A model generated the notes under the pieces. It was not told where the DNA came from, searched no databases, and saw nothing but the letters and a program-made list of their open reading frames with translations. From Candidatus Micrarchaeota archaeon (GTDB taxonomy: Archaea > Micrarchaeota > Micrarchaeia > Micrarchaeales > CABMGC01), in the NCBI GenBank assembly GCA_021791075.1, contig JAJYXH010000075.1, positions 1 to 39,092 on the forward strand: a stretch of 39,092 nt of DNA. Direction: 5' to 3'. The first letter of the stretch is position 1. Every line of letters begins with the position of its first letter. Below are positions 25,555 through 35,597 of this stretch, in pieces. Position numbers and translations under genes: made by a program.

Positions 25555-26076
25555 ATGTTACTGGACGAGTGGCGAAAGTTTAAGGGATTCGCAGTACTGG
25601 AGTACTTCCTCTGGAACGGCGAGAAGATCCACATCAAAGGTCTGGCAAGACTGTTGGAGATAAGCCCGAATACCGCCGCCGACGTATCTTCGACTCTACG
25701 AGAAGGAGGGATCCTGAACCGGGAAGAGGCGGGGAATATTGCGCTTTACGGCTCATCCGGCAATAGCACTGTTGCAGAACTTAAGAGGATGTACATATTG
25801 CTGAGAATATCCAAGTACGCCAAGTCGTTTGTGGAAGAGAACAAGAATATAAGTTCGTTGATACTCTATGGCGGCACGGCGAGGGGGGAATATGACAGGA
25901 ACAGCGATGTCGATCTGCTCGCAATATCCCAGAGCAAGAGTCCGGAGCCGAAGGGCATACGCGCAATGGAGGCCGGATTGGGCAGGGAGGTAAAGATCGA
26001 GGTGCTGGGTCTGGGCGAGCTGAGGAAGCTGGCTGACAAAAAGGACACACTTTATGTAAAACGATCTCTCAATTAA
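25555..26076 (+). CDS. HTH plus minimal nucleotidyltransferase (MNT/MntA-like), possibly C-terminally truncated
   Basis: HIKGLARLLEISPNTA HTH; ILYGGTARGEYDRNSDVDLL (GS changed to GG); no HEPN gene follows. Confidence 0.75.
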   Translation: MLLDEWRKFKGFAVLEYFLWNGEKIHIKGLARLLEISPNTAADVSSTLREGGILNREEAGNIALYGSSGNSTVAELKRMYILLRISKYAKSFVEENKNISSLILYGGTARGEYDRNSDVDLLAISQSKSPEPKGIRAMEAGLGREVKIEVLGLGELRKLADKKDTLYVKRSLN

Positions 26077-26124
26077 AACTCACGTTACGTGCAAATGCTG
26101 CGGTCGAGTATAAAAGGCAATAAA

Positions 26125-27384
26125 ATGGATAGCAAGATAAAACAGGCACTATGTTTGATGTTCGTTCTCTCCCTCTTATCGCCAATAATACGTGTTTCAT
26201 CTGCCCAGCTTGTCACCCCCCTCTCCATCTTCAACTCCTCCATCCCTATGCCTGTGGGGATAGCCAGCTACGGTCTATACAACGTCTCCAATGCCACCGG
26301 GCCGTACAAGATCGAGACGAACGAGATCATCGGCTTCGCGAGGATCGACTCCATAAACGCGTACAACTCCAGTCCTCCGGCCAATACATCTGCGTACGGG
26401 GCAACGGTCCAGCTCAACGTGGTCATGAACGTCACCTCAGTCAGCGGGAACAGGTACTCGTACTGGATCCAGGACGTGATGGACGTGAACACCAGCAACA
26501 GGACATACGTCATAGGCGACAACGTCTGGAACTTCACCGGCGTGATATCGAACGTCACCAACGAGACCCTCAGCGGCGAGGGAAATGTCACCCCTCCATC
26601 GTCAAATGACCCGTTCTCGCTGAACTTCACCGCCGGATTCTACTCGGCCGGGTTCAACACCACATACAACCTGAACCCACCCACGTACTTCCTGCCTGTC
26701 ATAGAGGTCAGCGATCCCGGTCAGCATCCGCTTGCCAGGATAGGGTACATAGACAACAACAGGTACGTATTCTACGATAACGTCACGTTCAACATAACTG
26801 CCGCAAGCGCATACCTCCTCGTCACTCCATACTACCTGACCCCGGTACGGAACGCATCGTCAAATGCGACCGGCAATTACTACGACGCGGAGATGGTCCT
26901 GGGCGGGGAGGGCAGCGGTGCGATAGCGAGTTTCAACAATACCAATGCGACGCTGTGGATCGGGTATAACAACGGCAGCGCCATAGTTCCGTTCCCCTCG
27001 GTGGGCACGTTCGGCGTTGACACGGAAGAGGCTGCAGTGAACCTCACCACGTCTCAATCAGGAGGTAACGTCGCGGTAAAGAACGGTCCGCTTAACTACG
27101 GCCAGACGCTTTACCTGTCCGGCGTGCCGGCATTCCTGCAGCAGGCTACAACTCCGGCACAACCAACTACGACCGTTGCAACGAACTATACGACAACGCA
27201 AGCGACTACAATCCTGCCATCGGCATCGCAGAACCAGTCCAATGCCTCGACGTCAGTCGGGTCTCCAACTCCGCCTTCCGGAACAGGTGGTTCAGATTCG
27301 GCGATCGTCGCTGCCGTAGCAGTCATGGGGGTAGCAATCATCTACCTGATAATAAGGTCGATGCGGAGATCCGCAAAGGGCTGA
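26125..27384 (+). CDS. Thermopsin (peptidase A5) with signal peptide, Thr/Ser linker and C-terminal TM anchor
   Basis: P.GIASYG, VQLN, YWIQDV, DNVWNFT, YDAEMVLGGEGSG, GVDTEE. Confidence 0.88.
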   Translation: MDSKIKQALCLMFVLSLLSPIIRVSSAQLVTPLSIFNSSIPMPVGIASYGLYNVSNATGPYKIETNEIIGFARIDSINAYNSSPPANTSAYGATVQLNVVMNVTSVSGNRYSYWIQDVMDVNTSNRTYVIGDNVWNFTGVISNVTNETLSGEGNVTPPSSNDPFSLNFTAGFYSAGFNTTYNLNPPTYFLPVIEVSDPGQHPLARIGYIDNNRYVFYDNVTFNITAASAYLLVTPYYLTPVRNASSNATGNYYDAEMVLGGEGSGAIASFNNTNATLWIGYNNGSAIVPFPSVGTFGVDTEEAAVNLTTSQSGGNVAVKNGPLNYGQTLYLSGVPAFLQQATTPAQPTTTVATNYTTTQATTILPSASQNQSNASTSVGSPTPPSGTGGSDSAIVAAVAVMGVAIIYLIIRSMRRSAKG

Positions 27385-27445
27385 CCGTTCCGTCAGGGTT
27401 TTAATAGTTATTAGACAAAGTCTATCTGCTGAATAGTGATGATCG

Positions 27446-28906
27446 ATGGTCGACGACTTCAAGCTTGAGAAGCTCAAGAAGCTGAAGGGCAAGGGGATAA
27501 ACCCCTATCCCTACTCGTTCAAGGTCTCACACAAGTCTGTAGAAGTTATCGACGGATTTGCTTCCCTTGAGGGGAAGGAGGTCAGCGTTGCGGGAAGGAT
27601 GGTCAAGCGCAGGGGCATGGGAAAGCTGATCTTCATAGACCTTCTCGACGCCAGCGGCAAGTTACAGGTGCTCGCGCGCGATGACGCCACGGCAAAGGAG
27701 GCGATGGAGCTGATCGAGCTCACCGATGTAGGGGACATAGTCGGAGTGAGGGGAAACGTCATAAAGACAAAAAAGGGCGAGGTAACCGTAGAGGCAAAGG
27801 AGGTGACGATGCTTGCAAAGTCGCTGCTGAGCCTTCCGGAGAAGTACCACGGGCTGACTGACGTCGAGGCAAGGTACAGGAAGAGATATCTCGACCTTAT
27901 AATGAATCCCAAGGTAAGGGGCTTCCTCTCAACAAGGGCCACGATACTCAAGCATGTTAGGGACACTCTCGATTCAGCTGGATACATAGAGTTTGAGACC
28001 CCTGTGCTCCAGCCGACGTACGGAGGGGCGAACGCGAAGCCTTTCCTAACCGAATACAACGCGCTAGAGACGAAGGTCTTCCTGAGGATCTCGGACGAGC
28101 TCTACCTCAAGAGGCTGGTGGTCGGGGGGTTCGAGAGGGTCTACGAGGTCTCGAAGGACTTCAGGAACGAGGACATAGACTCGACGCACAACCCGGAGTT
28201 CACCCAGGTCGAGTTCTACGAGGCCTACAAGGACTACGAGGACTTCATGAAGTTCACCGAGCAGCTGCTCTCCGGACTGGCGAAGAAGCTCTTCGGGTCA
28301 TACAGGATAACGTACCAGGGCAAGGACCTCGACTTCACGCCCCCTTTCCGGAGGGTCTATTGGGTCGAGGAGCTCAAGAAGCTGGCTGGGATAGACATAA
28401 GCGAGATGGGCGACGAGCAGGCTGTAAAGATTGCGGAGAGGGAGCACCTCGACCTCAAGATAAAGAACGCGTACCACGTGGCCGACGGGCTTTTCGACAA
28501 GTACCTCAAGCCCGATCTCTGGCATCCGGCCTTCGTAGTCGACTATCCATCATACATGTGCCCTCTCACAAAGGACAAGCGCGGAAACCCGAGGCTGAGC
28601 GAGCGGTTCGAGCTCTTCATTGCGGGCAGGGAGCTCGGGAACTGTTATTCAGAGCTCACGGATCCGGTCGAGCAGAGAAGAAAGTTCGAGGCCCAGGACG
28701 CGGAGAGGAGGAGGGGGGACTACGAGGCGCCTCCGATCGACAGCGACTTCCTGGAGGCCGTCGAGTACGGCATGCCTCCAATGGCCGGCATGGGCCTTGC
28801 GATAGACAGGCTTGCGATGATAATGACCGACAATGTCTCGATCAAGGAAGTGATTCCATTCCCGGCCGTGAAGCCGGAACAGAAGAGAGAGTCAAAGGAG
28901 CAGTAG
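27446..28906 (+). CDS. lysS: Lysyl-tRNA synthetase, class II
   Basis: OB-fold N-terminus, [49 protein letters not shown]. Confidence 0.97.
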   Translation: MVDDFKLEKLKKLKGKGINPYPYSFKVSHKSVEVIDGFASLEGKEVSVAGRMVKRRGMGKLIFIDLLDASGKLQVLARDDATAKEAMELIELTDVGDIVGVRGNVIKTKKGEVTVEAKEVTMLAKSLLSLPEKYHGLTDVEARYRKRYLDLIMNPKVRGFLSTRATILKHVRDTLDSAGYIEFETPVLQPTYGGANAKPFLTEYNALETKVFLRISDELYLKRLVVGGFERVYEVSKDFRNEDIDSTHNPEFTQVEFYEAYKDYEDFMKFTEQLLSGLAKKLFGSYRITYQGKDLDFTPPFRRVYWVEELKKLAGIDISEMGDEQAVKIAEREHLDLKIKNAYHVADGLFDKYLKPDLWHPAFVVDYPSYMCPLTKDKRGNPRLSERFELFIAGRELGNCYSELTDPVEQRRKFEAQDAERRRGDYEAPPIDSDFLEAVEYGMPPMAGMGLAIDRLAMIMTDNVSIKEVIPFPAVKPEQKRESKEQ

Positions 28907-28912
28907 CACGAA

Positions 28913-29704
28913 TCACGAGTATGTGAAGACTACCCTTATATTCTCAACAACGGAGCTAGTGCCGCCGTATATATGCACCTGTTTGGCAGCAGGCGAGGCG
29001 CTCGCCGTGTTGAAGTAGACTCCCGGGTAGAAGTTCGAGCTGCTTACCGATATGTTCCTTGCCACGAGCGCGGCATTTCCTGCAAGCGACTGCGCCTGCA
29101 CGGTTGCGTTCGTAAGCGCGGCCTGGAGGGCCTCCTGCCTCAGGGCGGAGATCTGCGAATTGGAGAGCAACGTCTTTATGCTGTCTATCGACACATTCGG
29201 TATGTTGGCGAGGGCTGTAAGTGCCAAGCTGATATTGTCTATGCTCGGTATCGTTACGATTAGAGACTCTGTTGCACTATATCCTGTAGAGTTGCAAGGC
29301 GGGTAGATCGTTGTAACCTCATAATAATTCTGGCATGTGTTCTTCTGCAATGAATAATAATTGGTGGATATCATGCTCAGGTTCCCGCCAACGTACCTGT
29401 ATAAGGTCTTGTTCACCGCGGTTATGGTTGTTGCGAGCGATGCGGTAGCGGCCTGCGCCGTTGTCCCGTTTCCTGTTGCCGTCAGGTATATCTGGGCCTG
29501 GGTCGGAAGCGAGGTTGCGGATCCGGTGGCAGAGACTACGACCGTGTGTGTCGGCTGGACGACCGCGCTGTAATTCGGGCCAGGATAGGCGACAGGTCTC
29601 AGGAAGACTGCAGAGAATGCAACTGCGCCTATCACTATTATGGCTATCAGCGAGACGACTCCTAGAAGCATGTCAGATTTCATCTCCTCACGATCTCTAT
29701 GCAA
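28913..29704 (-). CDS. SIMPL/DUF541 domain protein, N-terminally anchored
   Basis: TVVVSATGSATSLPTQAQI, ALQAALTNATVQAQSLA, final VVFTY strand. Confidence 0.8.
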   Translation of the reverse strand: MHRDREEMKSDMLLGVVSLIAIIVIGAVAFSAVFLRPVAYPGPNYSAVVQPTHTVVVSATGSATSLPTQAQIYLTATGNGTTAQAATASLATTITAVNKTLYRYVGGNLSMISTNYYSLQKNTCQNYYEVTTIYPPCNSTGYSATESLIVTIPSIDNISLALTALANIPNVSIDSIKTLLSNSQISALRQEALQAALTNATVQAQSLAGNAALVARNISVSSSNFYPGVYFNTASASPAAKQVHIYGGTSSVVENIRVVFTYS

Positions 29705-29731
29705 TAAACGGCTTATTATTCCTTTCCGTGC

Positions 29732-30127
29732 TCATGCCTTGAGCTTCGAGGTGCAGAACGCGCACCTCGTCGCCTTCTCCGGTATCGCGGAGAGGCACTC
29801 CGGGCATGTCTTGGTCCCGGCAGGCATCTTCTTGCTGTCATAGAGCTTGTGCATCGGCCTCACTATCAGGAAGAAGACCACCGAGGCCATTATTATGAAG
29901 CTTATGAGCTGGTTTATGAAGAGACCTACCTGGAAGGCGCTCCCGTTTATGGTGTAGTTAAGTGCGGAGAAGTCGTAGTGTCCGGCAACGCCTATCAGCG
30001 GCGTTATTATATCTGAGACGAAGGCAGTTACAACGGAGTTGAACGCGACTCCCATGACCACCGCAACGGCCAGGTCGATCACATTTCCCTTGGTTATAAA
30101 GTCCCTAAACTCACTTGCTAAGCCCAA
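29732..30127 (-). CDS. mscL: Large-conductance mechanosensitive channel with C-terminal zinc ribbon
   Basis: EFRDFITKGNVIDLAVAVVMG; CPEC…RCAFC tail; TTG start after GGAGGT. Confidence 0.92.
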   Translation of the reverse strand: MGLASEFRDFITKGNVIDLAVAVVMGVAFNSVVTAFVSDIITPLIGVAGHYDFSALNYTINGSAFQVGLFINQLISFIIMASVVFFLIVRPMHKLYDSKKMPAGTKTCPECLSAIPEKATRCAFCTSKLKA

Positions 30128-30196
30128 ACTAATACCTCCAAACCACGATGTAGCCAAGGCTGCGCTTCCAGCAAAACGCTTGTCATTATCTCCCAA

Positions 30197-30457
30197 TCAG
30201 CGCGTATCTCCCAGTCTGGATATTACAAGGATTGCATAGATGACTGCCGCGAAGAAGATGACATCGAGCACGAAGTTCGTGTAGTTAGGAAACCAGGGGA
30301 AGTACTGCGGCGCCAAGACCCTTCTCACGAGCCATGATGTAGGCCATCCGTACCACACGCCACCGACCAATCCTTCTGGGGTCGTGTTTATTAGTCCCGT
30401 AACCAACGTAGCAACTATTCCGCCACCAACCGATCCAACGGCTTTTGAGATTTTCAT
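30197..30457 (-). CDS. Small membrane protein
   Basis: Two hydrophobic segments around YGWPTSWL; directly upstream of mscL. Confidence 0.65.
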   Translation of the reverse strand: MKISKAVGSVGGGIVATLVTGLINTTPEGLVGGVWYGWPTSWLVRRVLAPQYFPWFPNYTNFVLDVIFFAAVIYAILVISRLGDTR

Positions 30458-30521
30458 GATGCTAATGCGATGGTCGGATTTAAATATTTATGTGAAGGCC
30501 GCTCCATCCGTCCAATTGTGG

Positions 30522-31454
30522 CTACAGAAGGAAGCCGAGCACGAGAAGGGCGCCGAAGGCGATCGCGAAGCGCGAGCCCAGCTCCGCGGAGTTCGGTGGG
30601 GCCTTGCGCGGGGATGCCACTGCACCGATCAGCGAGCCGGCATACGGTATACTGGCGAGCGTCACGAGGGAGAAGAGCGGGATCACGCCGAGCGCCGAGA
30701 AGAGGATCACGGATGCGTAGGCCGCCACAGCCATAGACCGGAACAGAAGCTTCGCGCGGATCGGTCCGAGCCTCACCGGGAGCGTCGAGAGCCCCGCGTC
30801 GGAGTCCGATTTTATGTCGCGTATGTTGTTCGCGAGCAGTATCATCGATATCACAATTCCAACCGGAAGCGATGCGGCAAGCGCGGCGTACGAGAGCGTT
30901 CCAGCCTCGACAAAGTAGGCGCTGGCCGTGATTATGGGTCCGTACACGGCAAAGACGAGCAGCTCCCCGAGCCCTGTCGACTTGACATTCTCCCTTCCTG
31001 CTGTATAGAAGACGGCGGAGAGTATCCCGGCGAGCCCCGCCGCAAGGATCGGCATGCCCCTCAGCAGGAATATGTATGCGCCGCAGAGCGACGCAATTAC
31101 GATAAGGAGTATCGCCGCGGCAGCCAGTTTGGATTGGGTCGCGTTCCCGGAGATCAGCGGGTGCACCCTCCTCATCACCGCTATGTCCGTCCGCTTGTCG
31201 ACTCCATGCCTGAAGTCAAAGAGATCGTTGAGCATGTTGGCGGAGAAGTTGAGTGAGACCACTCCGCTGACCATCAGGACGTAGAAGAACGGGCTGAAGC
31301 CCGACGGGTAGAGCGCGGCTCCCACAGTGACCGGTATGACGCCTATCGGAAACGTCCAGAACTTGACTATCGAGGCCCATCTCCTGACGAGAGCGGCCGG
31401 ACCTGCTGTCCCACCTGGCGAGGGTCCGTTGCGTGTTGCCTTTCTTGATGGCAT
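30522..31454 (-). CDS. menA: UbiA/MenA-family prenyltransferase (DHNA polyprenyltransferase-like)
   Basis: ANMLNDLFDFRHGVD and LANNIRDIKSDSDAGLSTL Asp-rich motifs; GLGEL. Confidence 0.85.
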   Translation of the reverse strand: MPSRKATRNGPSPGGTAGPAALVRRWASIVKFWTFPIGVIPVTVGAALYPSGFSPFFYVLMVSGVVSLNFSANMLNDLFDFRHGVDKRTDIAVMRRVHPLISGNATQSKLAAAAILLIVIASLCGAYIFLLRGMPILAAGLAGILSAVFYTAGRENVKSTGLGELLVFAVYGPIITASAYFVEAGTLSYAALAASLPVGIVISMILLANNIRDIKSDSDAGLSTLPVRLGPIRAKLLFRSMAVAAYASVILFSALGVIPLFSLVTLASIPYAGSLIGAVASPRKAPPNSAELGSRFAIAFGALLVLGFLL

Positions 31455-31507
31455 AAGGATAATTCCCGATAGCGTGACTTGGCCAAGGGGCAAACCGTGC
31501 TAAAATG

Positions 31508-32350
31508 CTACTGCTTCCTGAGCGCTGCAGAGGTTCCCGTCCACCCGAGATAGAGCGATGCCGCAGAGACGATCAGGCCGACAAAGCCGATTATAGCTGA
31601 GACAAGATCCAAGCCTGTGCTACCTGCCCCGACAGATGTGTACAATGAGACAGCAGAAGAGAAGCCGTTCGCAAGGCTTATCAGCCCTCCTATAAAGAGG
31701 ATTACGATGCTGGCAAGCAGGAGATTCCCTGCGGTGTTGAGCGGCTTCTGCGAGACGTCAGACGAGAGCTTCTTGTAGAGCGTTGAGAGCTTCCATCCAA
31801 AAACAAGCTCGACGACCATGAGCAGGAAGGTGAAGATCAGTAGCATGCTGAAATACGCCTGCGCACCAGATCCCGCGCTTGCGGATCCTGCGCCTAATCC
31901 AGAGTAAGAGCCAATGAAAGAGCCGACGAACGAGGTCGCTACCGAGACTATCAGCGCAAGAACTACTACCGCTATGATCGCAACGAGTATTACCGAAAGG
32001 ATCACAAGCCACTTGAGCCACTTTGAGATGCCGGCGTATGCTGCGGAGTTCTTGAACTGGCTTCTCCTGAGGTCCCTGATTCCGAACATCAGGCTGAGTA
32101 ACGCATAGACCGAGAAGACAAGGAGCACGATCTCTATTATCACGAGAAGCGCTATCAAGATAAGAACCATCGAACCTGCGCCCTGCGCCGATTGCAGTGC
32201 AGCTCCGGCGATTGAAGAAGCGCTTCCTATCAGCGTAAACACTATGATCTCTGCTATTATCGTGAGTATTACAGCTACCAGCTGGTAGAAGAAGTACCTG
32301 TTGATGCTCCTTAGCCCCTCAACTCCCAAGTTCGTTACATTGGTTGCCAT
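31508..32350 (-). CDS. Hypothetical membrane protein (about 6 TM, DUF973-like pattern)
   Basis: Repeating TM hairpins; family call tentative. Confidence 0.7.
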   Translation of the reverse strand: MATNVTNLGVEGLRSINRYFFYQLVAVILTIIAEIIVFTLIGSASSIAGAALQSAQGAGSMVLILIALLVIIEIVLLVFSVYALLSLMFGIRDLRRSQFKNSAAYAGISKWLKWLVILSVILVAIIAVVVLALIVSVATSFVGSFIGSYSGLGAGSASAGSGAQAYFSMLLIFTFLLMVVELVFGWKLSTLYKKLSSDVSQKPLNTAGNLLLASIVILFIGGLISLANGFSSAVSLYTSVGAGSTGLDLVSAIIGFVGLIVSAASLYLGWTGTSAALRKQ

Positions 32351-32409
32351 GCAAACCCTTGAGAAGATATATTCGGTAAAGCTTATAAACTTTACAAGTC
32401 CGGCTCAGC

Positions 32410-33219
32410 TCACCTGAGCAGCACGCCTCCGTCAACGACTATCTGACTTCCTGTCATGTATGACGACATCCCGGAAGCGAGGAAGAGCGCCACCTTACCT
32501 ATGTCATCCGGCTCGCCCATCCTACCCATTGGTATCCTCGAGAGGAACTCATCCATCATCTTTTCCGTGTCGACTCCCTGTGGCATATGAGTCAACTCCT
32601 GCAGCTTACGCACTCCCGGAGTCAGTATTCCTCCCGGTGCTATGGCGTTGACCCATATCCTATGTGGCGCAAGCTCGAGCGCGATGTTCTTCGTGAACCC
32701 CCATACGCCGTGCTTCGAAGCATCGTAGTGTGCAAGGCCTATCGATGAAGGATGGAGCGCGTCTATCGAAGTTATGTTTATTATCCTGCCGCCTCTCTTC
32801 CCCTTTATCATCTCATCCGAGACATACTTTGTGCATAGGAAGACGCTCTTAAGGTTTATAGAGAGGACATTGTCGAAATCAGCAAGCGACATATGCGAGA
32901 GCGGGATGGTCGGATATATTCCCGCATTGTTTACAAGTATGTCTATGCCGCCGAATCTCTTTAACGTCTCGCTCACTAGGCCCCTTACCTGGTCCTCTTG
33001 GGAGACGTCAGTGGCTATCGCAGTGGCCTTGAAGCCTTTTCCCAGGAGGTCTTTTGCGGCGTTCTCCCCATCGCTAGCGGTCCTGCTTGCCATCACCACC
33101 GTTGCGCCTGCCTCTGCGAGCCTATAGCTTATCCCGTATCCGATTCCTTTGGCTCCACCGGTGACTATTGCAACCTTGCCACTTAGATCCAGGAGGCTGT
33201 TTATTGACTCCATTAACAC
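32410..33219 (-). CDS. Short-chain dehydrogenase/reductase (FabG-like)
   Basis: TGGAKGIG, NNAG, YDASK, NAIAPG, TGSQIVVDGG. Confidence 0.93.
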   Translation of the reverse strand: MLMESINSLLDLSGKVAIVTGGAKGIGYGISYRLAEAGATVVMASRTASDGENAAKDLLGKGFKATAIATDVSQEDQVRGLVSETLKRFGGIDILVNNAGIYPTIPLSHMSLADFDNVLSINLKSVFLCTKYVSDEMIKGKRGGRIINITSIDALHPSSIGLAHYDASKHGVWGFTKNIALELAPHRIWVNAIAPGGILTPGVRKLQELTHMPQGVDTEKMMDEFLSRIPMGRMGEPDDIGKVALFLASGMSSYMTGSQIVVDGGVLLR

Positions 33220-33273
33220 TTACTTGGTTCCAATAGCTTTAATAACCATTATGTCATATAGAATGCGGATAAC

Positions 33274-33414
33274 ATGGTGCAAGCATACTGCGTCAAGTGC
33301 AAGCAGAAGAGGGACATGAAGGAGGCCAAGGAAGTGACAATGAAGAACGGAAAGAAGGCAATGTCAGGTACCTGCCCTGTCTGCGGCACGAAGATGTTCA
33401 AGATAGGGGGCTAA
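33274..33414 (+). CDS. 46-aa basic zinc-ribbon protein, DUF5679-like (MVQAYCVKCKQKRDMKEAKEVTMKNGKKAMSGTCPVCGTKMFKIGG)
   Basis: Manual translation; YCVKC…CPVCGTKMF; TATA-like TTTAATAA about 30 nt upstream; absent from the ORF track. Confidence 0.85.
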   Translation: MVQAYCVKCKQKRDMKEAKEVTMKNGKKAMSGTCPVCGTKMFKIGG

Positions 33415-33510
33415 TCGCCGTCGATGCCTCCAAGCCCGTTGCGGGATACTCCTACTCTAACTCTTGGTTAACTCCGATCTAGTTACGGTAACAATACCGT
33501 TGCTCGGTAC

Positions 33511-34023
33511 TTACTTATTCTGTATCCCCACAACCTTGATCGTGAAGACAAGCGTCTGGCCCGCGAGAGGCGGATTGAAGTCCACAGTAACATTCGTTGC
33601 GTTCACAGCAACTACCACTCCATCTACCGTCTGTCTGCCTGTACCCTCGCTTACTTTTGTCCCGACCTGCACGGTCTGATTTCCGAAGGCCTTTGCCGGA
33701 ACGCTGACGATGAGCCTCGGATTTACCGGGCCGTAGGCCTCGTTGACAGGGATAGTCACCTGCTTGCTCTGGTTGAGCTTCATGCCTATGACCGCCTGGT
33801 CGAAACCTTTTATCACCTGACCGGCACCTGCCGTGAAATAGAGTGGCTGCGCTCCAACGTTCGAGTCAAAGACGGTGCCGTTTGTGAACGATCCGGTATA
33901 GTAGACGGAAACATTGTCCCCTGCCACGACAATCTGCTGTTGGCTGGCAGAGACCACGTACGCCCCCGATGCGATTATGGCCGCAGCCACAATTACTGCT
34001 ATTATGATTATCTTTGGGTTCAT
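33511..34023 (-). CDS. FKBP-type peptidyl-prolyl isomerase (SlyD-like) with N-terminal signal/anchor
   Basis: VYYTGSFTNGTVFDS, GQVIKGFD, EAYG, VDFNPPLAGQTLVF. Confidence 0.9.
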   Translation of the reverse strand: MNPKIIIIAVIVAAAIIASGAYVVSASQQQIVVAGDNVSVYYTGSFTNGTVFDSNVGAQPLYFTAGAGQVIKGFDQAVIGMKLNQSKQVTIPVNEAYGPVNPRLIVSVPAKAFGNQTVQVGTKVSEGTGRQTVDGVVVAVNATNVTVDFNPPLAGQTLVFTIKVVGIQNK

Positions 34024-34130
34024 AAGAATCGTTGTTATTGCGTGCCATGCAATTATAATCTGCATGGGTGCCCTGCAGTACCCAAGCTACAGGCGCAAGC
34101 GTATTATACTCGCATGTGATATACCTAGTC

Positions 34131-34277
34131 ATGGCGTCGAGGCTTTTCGTATGCGGGGTCTGCAGGCTGCACTACGCCTCAAAGGAGCTGGCCGATAAGT
34201 GCTACGCGTGGTGCTCGGCCCATGTCAGCTGCAACCTACGGATAACGAAGCATTCGGTCGAGAGGGCCGGGAAGTGA
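34131..34277 (+). CDS. 48-aa small Zn-finger-like protein
   Basis: FVCGVCRLHY…ADKCYAWCSAHVSCNLRITKHS; TATTATA upstream. Confidence 0.7.
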   Translation: MASRLFVCGVCRLHYASKELADKCYAWCSAHVSCNLRITKHSVERAGK

Positions 34278-34288
34278 TGTGTGGTTCC

Positions 34289-35536
34289 TCAGAGGCCCGC
34301 CGAGAGGAAGGCAAGGTATACAAGCGCGTTTAGTATCGTAAGCGGGGCTCCTATCCTCACAAACTCGACGAAGGAGATGGTCTGGCCATAGTTCCTCTCT
34401 GCTTTCTGGATTATGATAACGTTGCTTGCGGCTCCCAGTATGGTCAGGTTTCCCGCTATTGTGCTTCCTGCGGCGAGAGCCATGAGCGATATCGCAGACA
34501 GCGTCGAGGCGCCGAGGAGTTTCAGGTAGAGGATGGCAAGCGGCACGTTGGATATGAACTGGCTTACGATTATGCTGAACGGGATGACGACGGATATCGA
34601 TCCAAACCCGATCCCTGAACCTGAGACTGCACCTTGGAAGAATCCCGACTGCCATACGGCACCCATCACCACGAAAAGCGAGATGAAAAATGCTATGGTG
34701 CTCCAGTCGATGCGCCGCACCAGGCGTGCGCGATTCTTGCTGAAAATGAGGACCGGAAGCGCAGCGACAACCGATATGCCGGAGAGCGGCAGCGTGATTC
34801 CGATGTCGAACGCTGACGTAAAGACCTGGGCAGCGATGAGGAGGAGGAAGAGCCCGAGCGAGATCTTGGCAAGAGCCGCGAGCTTCTTGTCCTTCAATGG
34901 CATCCTGCGGCCGAGCTCCAGGCGCTTCCCGAACTCCCTTGGATAGAAGAGCCTCAGGACAAGATATGCAACGAGAAGATTCGCTATCGTTGGCAGGAAT
35001 AGGTACCTGAAGAACTCGGCGAACGGATTCGAGATCCCGCTCGTGGCCACGAGCAGGTTCTGCGGGTTTCCTATCGGACTCATGACACTCCCTGTGGTTA
35101 TTGCGAAAGCAAGAGCGAACATCATCATCTTGGGGTCAAGATAGTGACGCTTGGAGAGGCCCATAACAAGCGGGGTGCCTATTATCGCCAGCGTATCGTT
35201 CATGAGAAAAGCCGAAGCGAATCCGAACCCGAAGAGTATGAGGAGAGCCAGGTCACTCACTCCCTTAGCCCTCCTGAATAAGACATACTCAAGATGGTCC
35301 AGATAGCCGCTTTCCTCAAGGGCCCTGCCTATTATGAAAGCACCTATAAGGAACAGGATCACGTTGAAGTCTATGTATCCGAAGGCAGCCGCCGGGGAGA
35401 TCTGCAGGCTGAGAAGCATTGCCGCTGCCCCTGCGAGCATTACCTGCCAGATCCCCAGCCTGAACCTTCCGATCTGCCTTACGGCTATCGCGATGAAGAC
35501 CGCCGCAAGGATGATTATAGGAACCAGATCCGCCAT
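34289..35536 (-). CDS. ArsB/NhaD/SLC13-superfamily anion permease
   Basis: SAFLMNDT, GSVMSPIGNPQNL, SQFISNVP, STIAGNLTILGAASN. Confidence 0.9.
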   Translation of the reverse strand: MADLVPIIILAAVFIAIAVRQIGRFRLGIWQVMLAGAAAMLLSLQISPAAAFGYIDFNVILFLIGAFIIGRALEESGYLDHLEYVLFRRAKGVSDLALLILFGFGFASAFLMNDTLAIIGTPLVMGLSKRHYLDPKMMMFALAFAITTGSVMSPIGNPQNLLVATSGISNPFAEFFRYLFLPTIANLLVAYLVLRLFYPREFGKRLELGRRMPLKDKKLAALAKISLGLFLLLIAAQVFTSAFDIGITLPLSGISVVAALPVLIFSKNRARLVRRIDWSTIAFFISLFVVMGAVWQSGFFQGAVSGSGIGFGSISVVIPFSIIVSQFISNVPLAILYLKLLGASTLSAISLMALAAGSTIAGNLTILGAASNVIIIQKAERNYGQTISFVEFVRIGAPLTILNALVYLAFLSAGL

Positions 35537-35597
35537 GACTGATAGCACCGGCTTATTTATGCGAGCATTAAAAAAATACTCATACCAAATTACCTGT

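Noticed and set aside
33455..33510. Short inverted repeats (ACGGTA-ACAA-TACCGT) between convergent genes
   Set aside because: Too short to distinguish from chance or an ordinary terminator
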